Source: a virus (lineage: Duplodnaviria; Caudoviricetes). From it: a stretch of DNA of 62,062 nucleotides. Of this stretch, positions 1 to 10,281 are shown one piece after another. Where the stretch lies: the IMG/VR virus record IMGVR_UViG_3300010354_000091, positions 1 through 62,062 of that record, one strand, 5' to 3'. The stretch's first letter is position 1. Each line of letters opens with the position of its first letter. The notes under the pieces were generated by a model that saw only the letters and a list, made by a program, of their open reading frames with translations, searched no databases and had not been told where the DNA came from. Position numbers and translations under genes: made by a program.

Positions 1-621
1 CTGGTTGAATTCACTACCGCTACCATCTCCGAGTGCTTCTGCCTCGTCGGTACGCATACCCTGACCAACGTTATACGCATTTTGAGTTGCGTTTGTTGAT
101 GGGTTCAGAGCACCTGGGTTGGTTCCTGCTTGTGCAGTAGTACCCATACCAACAACACCAGTTGGATCAGTCCAACCATTGGTATTGTTGAAGTCGTCGT
201 CTTGACCAGAGAATGCGGAATCTACTTCGTTGTAGAAGGTTTCTGGACCGCCTTGAGTTCTGTACTTAGAACGCATTGCGAAAATCAGTCCAGTAGGACC
301 ACTCATTGGTTGAACACCAGCCAGGTCATAAGCAACCAGGTTAGGCATTGAACGACGAATCAGTGAAATCAGAACAGGATCGAAACCTGCGACTGTCTGA
401 CCACCACCACTTTGATAACCAGTAGCACCAACAGCATTGGTTGGAGCTTCTGTAAGGAATGAACCAGACTGCTCAAATGCAGACTGTTCACGGAGGAATT
501 TTTCTTGGTTTTCTAACAGGACTGCGGTTACTGCTCTTCTGTGCGAATCTTTGATTGGATCAAGACCCTCATAGTTGAGGAGAGGTGCCCACTTTTCCTG
601 CAGATGCTCGGAATGGAACAT
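1..621 (-). CDS. g23: Major capsid protein, 5' part (runs off window edge)
   Basis: Manual translation from ATG at 621: MFHSEHLQEKWAPLLNYEGLDPIKDSHRRAVTAVLLENQE...FLTEAPTN...GFDPVLISLIRRSMPNLVAYDLAGVQPMSGPTGLIFAMRS, typical gp23; follows g22. Missing from the ORF track because it is truncated. Confidence 0.97.
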   Translation of the reverse strand, partial: MFHSEHLQEKWAPLLNYEGLDPIKDSHRRAVTAVLLENQEKFLREQSAFEQSGSFLTEAPTNAVGATGYQSGGGQTVAGFDPVLISLIRRSMPNLVAYDLAGVQPMSGPTGLIFAMRSKYRTQGGPETFYNEVDSAFSGQDDDFNNTNGWTDPTGVVGMGTTAQAGTNPGALNPSTNATQNAYNVGQGMRTDEAEALGDGSGSEFNQ

Positions 622-677
622 TTGCGTTTACCTTTTACTAAGTGTTTGTTTTTGGGTTTGAATTATGTTAAATTCAA

Positions 678-1853
678 TTATTTGCTAATAGCAGACATCA
701 TTTTCAGATATGCGCTCATAGTTCCAGAGATTTGCTCTGGTGAACTATCAACTTGCTCGGATAATGATTCTGGTTTAGCTTTTGGAGCAACAGCTCTTGA
801 AGGAAAATATGCTTCCTTCAAAGTCTCCAGTTTTTCACGATATTCTTCGTCACTTTCAAACTCAACACTTTCGGCAAGTGAAGCGAGCTTCTCTTTCTGA
901 GTAGCAGCAAGGCCCTCAGAAACTTGTTCAAAGATTCCGTCAGCAACCGCCTCTGCGAGACGCTTGTTTAAGGAAACATTCTTTTCGATCTGCTCGTTGA
1001 GTTTTGTCTCCATGTCATCAAGTTTTTCTACCATGCTCTCAAGCACATCATATTTATCTTCAGGGATTGAAACATAATGATCTTCAAAAAGTCCTTTCAG
1101 ACCGGTCATAAAGGATTCGGTTAACTCTTCCTTCAGACCTTTCTGAATGGAGAGTTGATTTTCGTTAAACCACTCTTCTGATACATATTCAAGATATGCA
1201 TCAACTCTATCACAAAGTTCAGACTTGATTTCTGAAACTTCTTCAGCAAGTCTTTCTACATACTGCTCTTCAAGTGCTTCCTTAATATCGGAAACTTTTG
1301 AACGAAGAGCAGCTTCAAAAATGGTGCGTGCTCTCTCTTGGAATTCCTCAGAGAGTTCTTCACCAGCAAGAAGAGCATTGACATCTTCTTCGATGTCATA
1401 TTCCTCTTCCATTTTCTTTTTACCTTTTTTACCACCCTCTTCTTCTTCCCCTTCTTCCTCTTCTTCTTCCTCTTCTTCTTCGTGCTCCTTAGCAGCTTCG
1501 GAAACTACTTCCTCTTCTTCTTCGAGTTCTTCATCTTCATCAATGAGATCCTCATCGTCCAGATCCTCTTCTTCCTTCATGGACTTCATTGCATCAGCAG
1601 GATTAGCGTGCTTTGTTACAGCATCCTTAACTTGCTTAAGAGTTGTACCAGGTGTCTTCAGCTTTGCTGAATCATCGTCTGGTCTGTAATTTGAGGGATC
1701 AGGTCCACCAAGATCTTCCCATCCTGCAGTTTGTCCTGGGGGAATATTCCCAGACAATTTTGGCATTGCATCCGCTGTCTTGGCATGAGCATTAACAGCG
1801 GTTTTGGATTGCTTTGTGCCTACTTCCATTTCTTGTAAATCTCCACGAGACAT
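678..1853 (-). CDS. g22: Prohead core scaffold protein
   Basis: Very acidic; LSEEFQERARTIFEAA and VDAYLEYVSEEW motifs; lies between g21 and g23. Confidence 0.93.
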   Translation of the reverse strand: MSRGDLQEMEVGTKQSKTAVNAHAKTADAMPKLSGNIPPGQTAGWEDLGGPDPSNYRPDDDSAKLKTPGTTLKQVKDAVTKHANPADAMKSMKEEEDLDDEDLIDEDEELEEEEEVVSEAAKEHEEEEEEEEEEGEEEEGGKKGKKKMEEEYDIEEDVNALLAGEELSEEFQERARTIFEAALRSKVSDIKEALEEQYVERLAEEVSEIKSELCDRVDAYLEYVSEEWFNENQLSIQKGLKEELTESFMTGLKGLFEDHYVSIPEDKYDVLESMVEKLDDMETKLNEQIEKNVSLNKRLAEAVADGIFEQVSEGLAATQKEKLASLAESVEFESDEEYREKLETLKEAYFPSRAVAPKAKPESLSEQVDSSPEQISGTMSAYLKMMSAISK

Positions 1854-1892
1854 TTGAACTCTCCGATTAACCTTAGTAATTTAATCTATATT

Positions 1893-1900
1893 TATTTATA
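1893..1900 (-). promoter_or_regulatory. T4-type late promoter TATAAATA
   Basis: Exact TATAAATA on the minus strand in the g21-g22 gap. Confidence 0.75.
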
Positions 1901-1902
1901 AT

Positions 1903-2556
1903 TTATAAATTTGTAAGAAATTCGTTGAAAAGACTGAGTTTATACTCTTCAAGTACTTTTTGATCTACAAGAGTGTTAATTCTCTTGTAGGTTTTCTCTG
2001 CTTCCTTTTCTCTTAAGATTCCACCATCCCATACCCACTCTTTTCCTTCCATAATTCCCTGAACAAATGCATCAGGTGCAGATGGATCGGCAACAATATC
2101 AGCAGCAGTTGCAAGCATAAAGTCTTCACCAACTTCTGTGTATCCTTCTTTTGTTTGGCACACTGAACCAATACCACGAGAAGAAACGCCGAGTGTTACT
2201 CCTTCTTTGAGAAGTGACTCGGCAATTTTGCCCATAGGAGTTGAAAGAATTTGTGCCTTACCAATAAAATTATTACCTTCTCTTTTGAGAGAAACAATTT
2301 TATGGGAAACTCGGTCCAGATTTACCGTAGGTCCATCTGGGTGTCCAAGTTCACCAAGAGCACGACCCTTATTCACATATTGTTCGGTGTATCTTCTCAC
2401 CTCTCTTTCCATAACAGGTAGACGATACATTCTACCGTTACGATTTACAACCTCAGTTTGAAGGAATGGTCCTTGAATGTAAAGAGTTTTCTTACCGTTT
2501 ACACTTTCGGTAATAACTTCTACTGCTTCAATTTCTTCGGTGATTAGTTTCATCAT
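1903..2556 (-). CDS. g21: Prohead protease
   Basis: MKLITE start; NRNGRMY, ALGELGHP, GVSSRGIGS and DIVADPSAPDAFV motifs. Confidence 0.96.
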   Translation of the reverse strand: MMKLITEEIEAVEVITESVNGKKTLYIQGPFLQTEVVNRNGRMYRLPVMEREVRRYTEQYVNKGRALGELGHPDGPTVNLDRVSHKIVSLKREGNNFIGKAQILSTPMGKIAESLLKEGVTLGVSSRGIGSVCQTKEGYTEVGEDFMLATAADIVADPSAPDAFVQGIMEGKEWVWDGGILREKEAEKTYKRINTLVDQKVLEEYKLSLFNEFLTNL

Positions 2557-3107
2557 GCCTGTCCTGAAATTTGTACTTGTTGTAAATGTAAAACAGCACT
2601 TCCTGTATCTGTTCTTGCTGCAACCTTAAGTGAATTTTTTAAACTTGCATCTGTTCCAGAGAAAGCAGTTGCAATACCACTGGTATCTGTTCCAATTGAA
2701 CATCTTGTTTGATAAGCACCACCAACACCAGAAGAGGTGTCAACAGAGACAACTGGTTGATGTGTAATCAAAGCATTATAGTAACTTTGTGCTCCTGATA
2801 GAGTTACATAGTCACCAACTCCGAAAGGACATTGTGTTCCTTCCGGAAAAGTGATGACTGTTGTAGTTCCAGTGGTAATTCCAACGACTCTATTTGATGC
2901 TTTTGTTAAAGCAAGAGTTGCTGCTTGTCCACTTGGAATATAATAATCAGCAGTCGTTGCAGTTGGATTGGTTCCAATTGCAACATGAGCACCAGCACCT
3001 ACAGAGACAAGTCTCAGAACATTTGATTGAACTGAAAATGCAGAGGATTGTGCAGAAGTTGTAGTTATTGCGACTGAGGACCCTGCCCCAACTGGTCTAT
3101 GAGCCAT
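2553..3107 (-). CDS. Conserved hypothetical, probable virion protein upstream of g21
   Basis: 184-aa S/T/G/A-rich ORF overlapping the g21 start; late-promoter motif TAATAAATA about 25 nt upstream. Confidence 0.75.
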   Translation of the reverse strand: MAHRPVGAGSSVAITTTSAQSSAFSVQSNVLRLVSVGAGAHVAIGTNPTATTADYYIPSGQAATLALTKASNRVVGITTGTTTVITFPEGTQCPFGVGDYVTLSGAQSYYNALITHQPVVSVDTSSGVGGAYQTRCSIGTDTSGIATAFSGTDASLKNSLKVAARTDTGSAVLHLQQVQISGQA

Positions 3108-3141
3108 TATTTTATTAAATACACTTTTAGTTATTTATTAA

Positions 3142-4398
3142 TTAATAAATCTCTCTCCATCTCATGGAAACTCCAACGTTTGTTGGATCTGCACCTATAT
3201 TGGTTACCCTTACAGAAAAAACTTCAGAATCTGTTGAATCAAAGTTTTGAGATAAAAAGTTTTTCTTTGAAGTTGGTCCGGATTGTGTTTGTGCTGTGGT
3301 TGCTGATGGTTTAATAATATTTTGACTATCTCCAGCAGCATAACCACCCATAAAATCTTCAAAATAAGCAGTGCTTATTCCAGTAGCAGTTTGATTGTAT
3401 TCCACTACAGATTCATCATTTTCAGAAACCCAAGTGCCAAGTGTTGAAAATCCTGCGGTAGTTCTTAATTTTACGACTTCGTATTTTACATTTGCGCCAC
3501 TACTGAATACTGTAATATCTTCTAATTTTACAGTTGCTCTATTTGGATAACCTTTAAAGGAGTTTTTTAATCTAATAGCCATTATTGGAACTGTAGAACC
3601 AATACCAACTGGTCTGAGTGGAGATGTGTGAGAAAATTCTCTACCTGCTTCTGTATATCCACCTTCACTCATTACACTAGAACAAATCTGAACAAATGAT
3701 CCACCAACTCCAATTTGGGTTCCACTGTTTCTAACCTCACATCTCACTGGGAGATTTGGATTAGACATATAAACCGTAGGAATAGTATTTGAATTATAAA
3801 ATTCGTGTGCTATGATGTTTTTTCCATCCATACTAAATCCACAACGAACCCTACCAACTCCCAACCACTCAAAATCGGTGAAGAAAAGTTGAGTTTTTGT
3901 GATATCTAGATTATATCCAGAAACTCCAGTTCCATCTAGTCTGTCCTTATTCCACTCCGATTGAGGAATTCTTCTTTCGGAATTCCCAACACCAGCAGTT
4001 ACATACGATCTTATTACAAAACTTAAAGTGCCATTTGGTGCTTGTTCAAAATAAATTCCATCTCTATCATCAAAATATCCAGTTCTTTTAGTTACATTTT
4101 GTTGTGCAGAACCAAAATTAAAAGTTGAATAAATCAACTGTGACTTTCCAGGCATATAATGATGATATCTTTTTGTTTGATGTATACAGTATCCATTAGT
4201 GCTAACACCAGATTGGAGAATTGCTGCTGCTTGATTGACATCAAAAATTATCGTAGAACCTGCACCAGATTTTACATCAATAAAATCGGGGTCAATAGAA
4301 TATAGATGTTTATAATCACCGAGAGTGAATGGATCCGATGTTCTTAATCTACCAAAAGCATCTGATTCCGGTTTAAATGGATCATATAAATGTGACAT
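3142..4398 (-). CDS. Hypothetical beta-rich protein, possibly virion-associated (DAFGRLR...WLGVG.VR type)
   Basis: Start reassigned to ATG 4398 (MSHLYDP), which overlaps the upstream stop as TAATG; 418 aa. Confidence 0.7.
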   Translation of the reverse strand: MSHLYDPFKPESDAFGRLRTSDPFTLGDYKHLYSIDPDFIDVKSGAGSTIIFDVNQAAAILQSGVSTNGYCIHQTKRYHHYMPGKSQLIYSTFNFGSAQQNVTKRTGYFDDRDGIYFEQAPNGTLSFVIRSYVTAGVGNSERRIPQSEWNKDRLDGTGVSGYNLDITKTQLFFTDFEWLGVGRVRCGFSMDGKNIIAHEFYNSNTIPTVYMSNPNLPVRCEVRNSGTQIGVGGSFVQICSSVMSEGGYTEAGREFSHTSPLRPVGIGSTVPIMAIRLKNSFKGYPNRATVKLEDITVFSSGANVKYEVVKLRTTAGFSTLGTWVSENDESVVEYNQTATGISTAYFEDFMGGYAAGDSQNIIKPSATTAQTQSGPTSKKNFLSQNFDSTDSEVFSVRVTNIGADPTNVGVSMRWREIY

Positions 4399-5192
4399 TA
4401 TACTACCCTCCAACCATTCCTATAAACAAAAGTAAGTGATCCAAAATCATAAGCCAAAATTGCGTAGTCCTCTTCGTCTATTAAATCTGTTCCTGATGGA
4501 TAAATGTATATATGACGATTACTTCCTTTAGAAGCTTCTCCCCTTTCATCTTTTATGATGTAAACTTTTCCATTTTTTCTTGGAGTTGGCAAAGTAATAT
4601 TCACTCTTCCCGCAAAATTTACTCCAATGTAATAATCTTGTGGTGTAACTGTATATGATGATGTTGTTATATACTTGAGTGGCATATCCATATATGCCAA
4701 ATTTGATTCACCACCACCACCTAATGTAGAAAGTTGTTGTTGAATGCGACTTAAGAAAAGATTATAATGTTTTTGTAAATCCTCAAAAGTAGCAAATTTT
4801 TGATCAGTTGGAGTTAGTGGATCATTCTGTTGTTTAGCATTTGAAGGTTCTGCAAGAAGTCCTAATGACTTTTCTATAAGTTCTTCTTTTGGTTCTTCTT
4901 TTAATTCTTCAACAACTATTTCCGTATTTTCTGAAACAATTTCTTCAGTTTTTGGATTTGATATCTTCTTTTTCTTTTTGGGTTTTTCCGTTTTTTCAGA
5001 AAAAAGAAAACTTTCAAATGCTTCTAAAGTTTTTTCTTGTTTTTCTTTTTTTTCTTTGTTTATTTTTTTAAGAGTGCCAACTTCTTCAAAGAGGGAATCT
5101 AATTTCAAATCTCCAACTAAAGAATTAAATTCCTCTTTTTTATGTTTCTTTTCTTCTACTATTAACTGAAAAAAATCTGAAAGGTCTGACAT
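4398..5192 (-). CDS. Hypothetical protein: K/E-rich N-terminus, GGGGE linker, fibre/baseplate-like C-terminal domain
   Basis: 264-aa ORF; C-terminal NITLP...GKVYIIKDE...GW pattern resembles phage fibre modules. Confidence 0.65.
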   Translation of the reverse strand: MSDLSDFFQLIVEEKKHKKEEFNSLVGDLKLDSLFEEVGTLKKINKEKKEKQEKTLEAFESFLFSEKTEKPKKKKKISNPKTEEIVSENTEIVVEELKEEPKEELIEKSLGLLAEPSNAKQQNDPLTPTDQKFATFEDLQKHYNLFLSRIQQQLSTLGGGGESNLAYMDMPLKYITTSSYTVTPQDYYIGVNFAGRVNITLPTPRKNGKVYIIKDERGEASKGSNRHIYIYPSGTDLIDEEDYAILAYDFGSLTFVYRNGWRVV

Positions 5193-5198
5193 TATTCA

Positions 5199-5372
5199 TT
5201 ATTCTTCAGATTGATCTTCTTCTCCCTCACCATCTCCAAATAATGCATTTGCAACTTCTGGTCTAAAATTGTCAATCTTTTCAGATGACTTTGCAAAAAG
5301 TAGTTCTTTAATTTTGTCACTGATTTGTGATGGAGATTCATCAGTGATAATCATATCTAAAAGATCATCCAT
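5199..5372 (-). CDS. Small acidic protein after the portal gene (position of T4 gp67 prohead core protein)
   Basis: Manual ORF, 57 aa: MDDLLDMIITDESPSQISDKIKELLFAKSSEKIDNFRPEVANALFG...; TATAAATA at 5398-5405 upstream. Confidence 0.8.
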   Translation of the reverse strand: MDDLLDMIITDESPSQISDKIKELLFAKSSEKIDNFRPEVANALFGDGEGEEDQSEE

Positions 5373-5400
5373 GTTTTTTAATTAAGTAGTTTCTTTTTAT

Positions 5401-7086
5401 TTATATTATGCCACCTTTGGGCATTTCTGCTGTTTTTCCTGAAACTTCAGTTGCAGCACCTTGAGATTCTAGATCAGGTTCCATTACTGGTTTTCCGAGA
5501 TCCATTGATGCTTGACCTGCTTCCAAAGGCATACCAGTTGTAGGATCAATAGGAGTATTTGGATCTGGGATAATACCATCTTTAATTTCTTTTTCAATCA
5601 ATGCATTTTGTTCTAAGATTTCCATATCTGTTTGTCTTAGAATTCTACGTCTTACATAGTCTTGAGAGAAATATCTCCCAACGTATGGTTCTGCAGATGC
5701 AACCATAGCAAGTCTTTCATTTAAAAGTTCAGCATCTTTAAGTTCTGAGAAGTGATTATCATAAAGGAAGTCAAATTGAATATGCTCACTCATCATTTCC
5801 CAATCTTCTGGGGTAACGATATTTTTCAATATCAATTGAGTTCTAAGCATATCATTAAACATATTTGAAAATCTCTTTCTCAATCTTCCAACAAATTTTG
5901 TGAACTTAAGTTCATCTCTCAAAATTTCTGAAGATCTTCCAAGATTAAATCCACCTTCACCGTCCATTCTGGATGGTGGAACATTTAATGAACGATAGAG
6001 TTTCTTTTTAAAATATTCAATATCAGTAAGTTCTCCTAAATTTTGTCCACCAGGAAGGGTAGAAATCTCAGTTCCTCTACCACCTTCACGTCTTGGAAGC
6101 CAAAAGTCTTCTAGAAGTGACATATACTTTTTATCATCACGAATTTCACCAGTACTAGCATCGTAAACAAGTTTGTTACGATATCTTTGCATCACATCTC
6201 TAAGATATTGTTCTGCCTTTACTTTAGGAAGATTTCCAACATCAATGTAGAAAATTCTTCTTTCTGGAGCACGAGACAAACGATAGATGACCAAAGAATC
6301 TTCAATCATTCTAAGTTGATTGAGAGATTTGATTGCTTTGTGTAGATATGAAAGAGTTGATCCTTTATTTCTATCTACAAGACCTGATGTGCAATATGTA
6401 ATTGAGTCCTTTGTAAATTTGACTCCCTGAGTAGTTCCTGCAGCATTAATTGTTCCTGTTGGGAAAGAACTCTTAGGATTGTAAATAAAATACTCTTCTA
6501 ATTCCGGAAACTTATAATCCATTGGATCAACGTTTTCCGAAAACTGAGGATTTGGATTTCTGTGATTGTCTTGCTTTTTAAGTTGTCTGACATAACGCAT
6601 TTTCATTGCGTCAATATATCTCAAATCCTGAATTCCCAATTCTGGATTTTTTAAATCAATTACTTTATGATAATAAAGTCTTCCATCAACATACCAATTT
6701 CTGTATATTTCATGTGCTTTTTTGTTAAAATCCAATAAACTTAAAATATATTTAAACTCTTGACGAATTTTATTTTTTATTCCATCACTAGCATTCAAGT
6801 TATCCAAATCAATTTGCACTGGACTATCGTTCGTATCAGAAACAATAGCTTCATTAACAATATCTTCAATGGCACTATCAACCTCTGGGTGAAGTGCCAT
6901 TTGACGATATTTTGTAATTAAATCATACTCAGTTCTATAAATACCCTCAATATCTACATATTGACCATAAAAACCACTACTTACAGTAAAATCAGACCCG
7001 TCTTCATCATTAGGAACGACGGGTGATACTGCAGTCTTTGATAACTTATTTTCATCTTCAATAGAAAATCCAAAAAGATTTGCCAT
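5401..7086 (-). CDS. g20: Portal vertex protein
   Basis: YRLSRAPERRIFYIDVGNLPKVKAEQY and EDFWLPRREGGRGTEI motifs. Confidence 0.98.
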   Translation of the reverse strand: MANLFGFSIEDENKLSKTAVSPVVPNDEDGSDFTVSSGFYGQYVDIEGIYRTEYDLITKYRQMALHPEVDSAIEDIVNEAIVSDTNDSPVQIDLDNLNASDGIKNKIRQEFKYILSLLDFNKKAHEIYRNWYVDGRLYYHKVIDLKNPELGIQDLRYIDAMKMRYVRQLKKQDNHRNPNPQFSENVDPMDYKFPELEEYFIYNPKSSFPTGTINAAGTTQGVKFTKDSITYCTSGLVDRNKGSTLSYLHKAIKSLNQLRMIEDSLVIYRLSRAPERRIFYIDVGNLPKVKAEQYLRDVMQRYRNKLVYDASTGEIRDDKKYMSLLEDFWLPRREGGRGTEISTLPGGQNLGELTDIEYFKKKLYRSLNVPPSRMDGEGGFNLGRSSEILRDELKFTKFVGRLRKRFSNMFNDMLRTQLILKNIVTPEDWEMMSEHIQFDFLYDNHFSELKDAELLNERLAMVASAEPYVGRYFSQDYVRRRILRQTDMEILEQNALIEKEIKDGIIPDPNTPIDPTTGMPLEAGQASMDLGKPVMEPDLESQGAATEVSGKTAEMPKGGII

Positions 7087-7121
7087 GTTGTAGTTTTAAA
7101 CTTCTTCCAGTATTTATCAGA

Positions 7122-7712
7122 TCAGGAAACGGTGCCAGGACCATCATTGAGTTCAAAATACTGAACTTGAAGTTCTACATCAAATTCACTGATTGTATCT
7201 GTTGATTCGTATGAAAGATCAAGTGCAGTCACATTAGTTGGGAAAACTCCATAAAGTGTAGCACTTCTTAGAGTGGTGGAATTTCCAGTAGATGCACTTT
7301 TCTTAGTTCCATCAACATCTCTGCCTAGTTGATAAACCTTCATATCTACTTGATAAGAAGCTGGATCAATATATCCAGTGTTGTTATCAAGTTTGCTGAG
7401 TAGGTTCATCCATGCTTCAAATGAATGACGAAGTTTAAAGTCAGTATCATTAATTATTGTAATTGTCCATGGATCAAAGGTTCTGTCTCCAGCAACTTTT
7501 AAAACTCTTCCTCTAAATGGAACATCAATTGATGCAACATTAGAAGCTGGTAGATTTGCTGCTTTACATAGATATCTTCCCTTTACGAGAGTATCATTTT
7601 CAACTCCAACATCTGTAGGGAATGCCATCTCAACCTCAAAAAGGTTAGGTCTTGATCCACCACCAGTTAGTTGACCTTTGAAATCTGTAATTTTTCTAAT
7701 GGGAATTGCCAT
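7122..7712 (-). CDS. g19: Tail tube protein
   Basis: GGSRPNLFEV and VPFRGRVLKVAGDRTFDPWTITIINDTDF motifs. Confidence 0.95.
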   Translation of the reverse strand: MAIPIRKITDFKGQLTGGGSRPNLFEVEMAFPTDVGVENDTLVKGRYLCKAANLPASNVASIDVPFRGRVLKVAGDRTFDPWTITIINDTDFKLRHSFEAWMNLLSKLDNNTGYIDPASYQVDMKVYQLGRDVDGTKKSASTGNSTTLRSATLYGVFPTNVTALDLSYESTDTISEFDVELQVQYFELNDGPGTVS

Positions 7713-7749
7713 TGTTTTAACCTCCGTTTTTAATTAATTAATGTTAAAC

Positions 7750-9969
7750 TTAAACTCTACCAGCTACTTCACTAAAGCTCACTCCCGTGCGGGTAGCAAC
7801 GAAGGTTAGGCTAATAAAGTTGATAGATTTCGCAGGTTTGATGTAGATGTCTGCTCTAAACTCATTGTTATCAATAACGTCTGGTGTGTTGTTTGTGCTA
7901 TCACAAATAACGAGGAAATCATAAAGACCTCTCTTTGCTTGAACATCACGAAGGAATGGTTCAACGATATTTACAAAGTTTGCTCTTGTAACTTCATCGT
8001 TAAATTCAAAGAGTTGTGCTTTTGCTGCATTTTCCAGAGATTTTTCAATCGTTAAGAACAGTCTTCTAACGTTAATTCTATCAAAGGCAGATTGATATCC
8101 AAGTGCAGTCTTATCACCAAAGAGTAGAACTCCTACTCCTGGTTGAAGAACCACTGGGTTCACTCTAGCAATGTAAAGAGCATCTCTTTGTGCTTTAGTT
8201 GGATTGTATGCAAGTTTGATGGCATTATTAAATACACCTCTCTGTGATCCTGCGGGTGAGAACCATGGATACTGATTTAGGTCAGTTCTTGCCATGATTC
8301 CTGCAACATCTGCATTGCATGGAACATATCTGAACACATTATTAAATCTATCATACATGTACTTATATCCACTATCAAAAACTGCATACGATGAGGATTG
8401 AATGGAATCAAAAAACTGAATGATATTTGTTGTTTGTGTAGCGCCAGATGTGTTGTTTAAGTTTGATCCAACAACAGCAGCTCTATATGGAGAGATTACT
8501 GCAATTGCATCTTGTCTTTGCTCAGCAATATCAATTAAATAGTTTGCCTTTGCTTGAGAATCTTCTTTAGATTCAAGTCCAGGTCCATTGATTAAAATAT
8601 CAACATCAATTTGCTCTTTGTTTCTGAAAAGATCGTATGATGCAATTAAATCAGATAGTGCTGCCTTAAATCCACCGCCAGCAACTCCCGTTGCGGAATT
8701 ATAATCTTTACCACCAGCTAAAGTATAGGTTTTGTTGCCTAAAGCATTGAATGTAATGCCTTGGGAATTTTGTCCCCAAACACCATCAGATAGTTCAAAT
8801 GACTCATATGTACCATTAACTTCAAATCCAACTGAAACAGGGAAGTGAGACTGAACAGCATCATTCTCATCACCAGCAGATTTTCCTGCAAAAAGATATG
8901 CAGATTCTGTTGCCAGATAATCTTTATAGTATATCTTTTGTGGAGCATTAGCAGATGAAACTGCATCCTTTGCCTTAGACAAATTGGTATGTCTTTCTAG
9001 AATATTTCCTTTTACTCCAGTGATAGCACCAGTGTCATCTACAACTACAATGTGCAGTGAATCACCTTTTCCACTTCTGTCAGAAACGTATTGGTTTGTT
9101 GTTGGCTTATCAGCAATTGATTTCCAGTAGATTGTGCTATTGGTCAGACCAAGTGTTTGTGCGTTGTACCAATCCTCTGCAGAAGATATCGTTTTGTTAG
9201 ATGTGGTAACAATACCAGTATTTTGTTGTACAAAGTTTACTGGATTGGTAGTCTTAAATTCGTAGTTGCTTCCTTCCTTGTAGGAAACACTTACTTCTGT
9301 TCCACCAGCAGAAACTCTTGATACAATTTTAACTGTGAAGGAACTATTTCCGTTTGTGCTATCAGTTGTAACTCCTGTAATGATACCTTTCAGATATCCA
9401 TTGAACAGTGAAGTGGTTCCAGTTCCTGGAAGAACAACATTTGTTAGGTTTGATGTTACACCGTTACCAACAATAACTCCCAAATTTGCTGGATTTGTTG
9501 TGGTAATTCCTATTGTTTGATCAGCAGCATCGTCAATGTAGCAAACTTTTAGTCCATTTCCCCATGTTCCTGGGTCTTTTGCTGCATAGTACCATTTTGA
9601 TGTGCTTTCCCAATTCTGAGAGTAGTCATCAAAATTCTTAACCTTTGCGTCTGTTGTGCTTGCTGCTCCAACACCAGCATTTGCATTATTTAGATCGGCT
9701 CCACTTGTTCTTACAACTTGTAGAATTCCACTATATGAAAGGAATGAAGATGCTGACATCCAGTACTCATACTGGTTATCAGTTGAAATTGGTTTACCGA
9801 AAACTGAGAGCAGATCCTGCTCATTTGTAATCGTTACTGGGAAGTCAACAGGTCCTTTTTGGAATGGTCCAGCAATTGCGCCAGCACTCACTCCTAAATT
9901 ATCTGCTCTACCTACGGTCAGATCAACCTCTCTGACCAATACTCCAGGTGAAACAAGAGCTACTGCCAT
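7750..9969 (-). CDS. g18: Tail sheath protein
   Basis: SPGVLVREVDLT start; PWFSPAG, FDRINVRRLF and KPAKSINFISLTFVATRTG motifs. Confidence 0.97.
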   Translation of the reverse strand: MAVALVSPGVLVREVDLTVGRADNLGVSAGAIAGPFQKGPVDFPVTITNEQDLLSVFGKPISTDNQYEYWMSASSFLSYSGILQVVRTSGADLNNANAGVGAASTTDAKVKNFDDYSQNWESTSKWYYAAKDPGTWGNGLKVCYIDDAADQTIGITTTNPANLGVIVGNGVTSNLTNVVLPGTGTTSLFNGYLKGIITGVTTDSTNGNSSFTVKIVSRVSAGGTEVSVSYKEGSNYEFKTTNPVNFVQQNTGIVTTSNKTISSAEDWYNAQTLGLTNSTIYWKSIADKPTTNQYVSDRSGKGDSLHIVVVDDTGAITGVKGNILERHTNLSKAKDAVSSANAPQKIYYKDYLATESAYLFAGKSAGDENDAVQSHFPVSVGFEVNGTYESFELSDGVWGQNSQGITFNALGNKTYTLAGGKDYNSATGVAGGGFKAALSDLIASYDLFRNKEQIDVDILINGPGLESKEDSQAKANYLIDIAEQRQDAIAVISPYRAAVVGSNLNNTSGATQTTNIIQFFDSIQSSSYAVFDSGYKYMYDRFNNVFRYVPCNADVAGIMARTDLNQYPWFSPAGSQRGVFNNAIKLAYNPTKAQRDALYIARVNPVVLQPGVGVLLFGDKTALGYQSAFDRINVRRLFLTIEKSLENAAKAQLFEFNDEVTRANFVNIVEPFLRDVQAKRGLYDFLVICDSTNNTPDVIDNNEFRADIYIKPAKSINFISLTFVATRTGVSFSEVAGRV

Positions 9970-10005
9970 TTTTTTCTCCGAAGAAGTCTCAAATTCTCTA
10001 AAAAT

Positions 10006-10013
10006 TATTTATA
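10006..10013 (-). promoter_or_regulatory. Late promoter TATAAATA upstream of g18
   Basis: Exact motif 36 nt before the g18 start. Confidence 0.75.
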
Positions 10014-10053
10014 AAAAGGTTTTCTTTCAATAGCCGAAACAATGCACGAACAT

Positions 10054-10281
10054 TTACCAGTCAGGATATGACCACTCAGAGCTTGTTTTTAATTTTTTTC
10101 TTCCGGCAGATACTCTTTTTATAGTACATTCTTTACACTCATAAGAATATGAAGATTGTTGATATTTATTTTTCCTTGATTGATAGAAACCATCAATCAA
10201 ATCTTTCTTTTGACCACAAATCTTGCATGTTCTTTCTGTCAAATATAAGTGTTCTAATCCAAAGTGGTCATCAACATTCAT
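10054..10281 (-). CDS. Small zinc-ribbon protein (CKIC...CKEC)
   Basis: 75 aa from ATG 10281 (TAATG overlap with the g17 stop); two CxxC pairs. Confidence 0.75.
   Translation of the reverse strand: MNVDDHFGLEHLYLTERTCKICGQKKDLIDGFYQSRKNKYQQSSYSYECKECTIKRVSAGRKKLKTSSEWSYPDW

Noticed and set aside
1225-1689. Plus-strand poly-Ser and poly-Phe ORFs
   Set aside because: Antisense shadows of the Glu-rich tract of g22.
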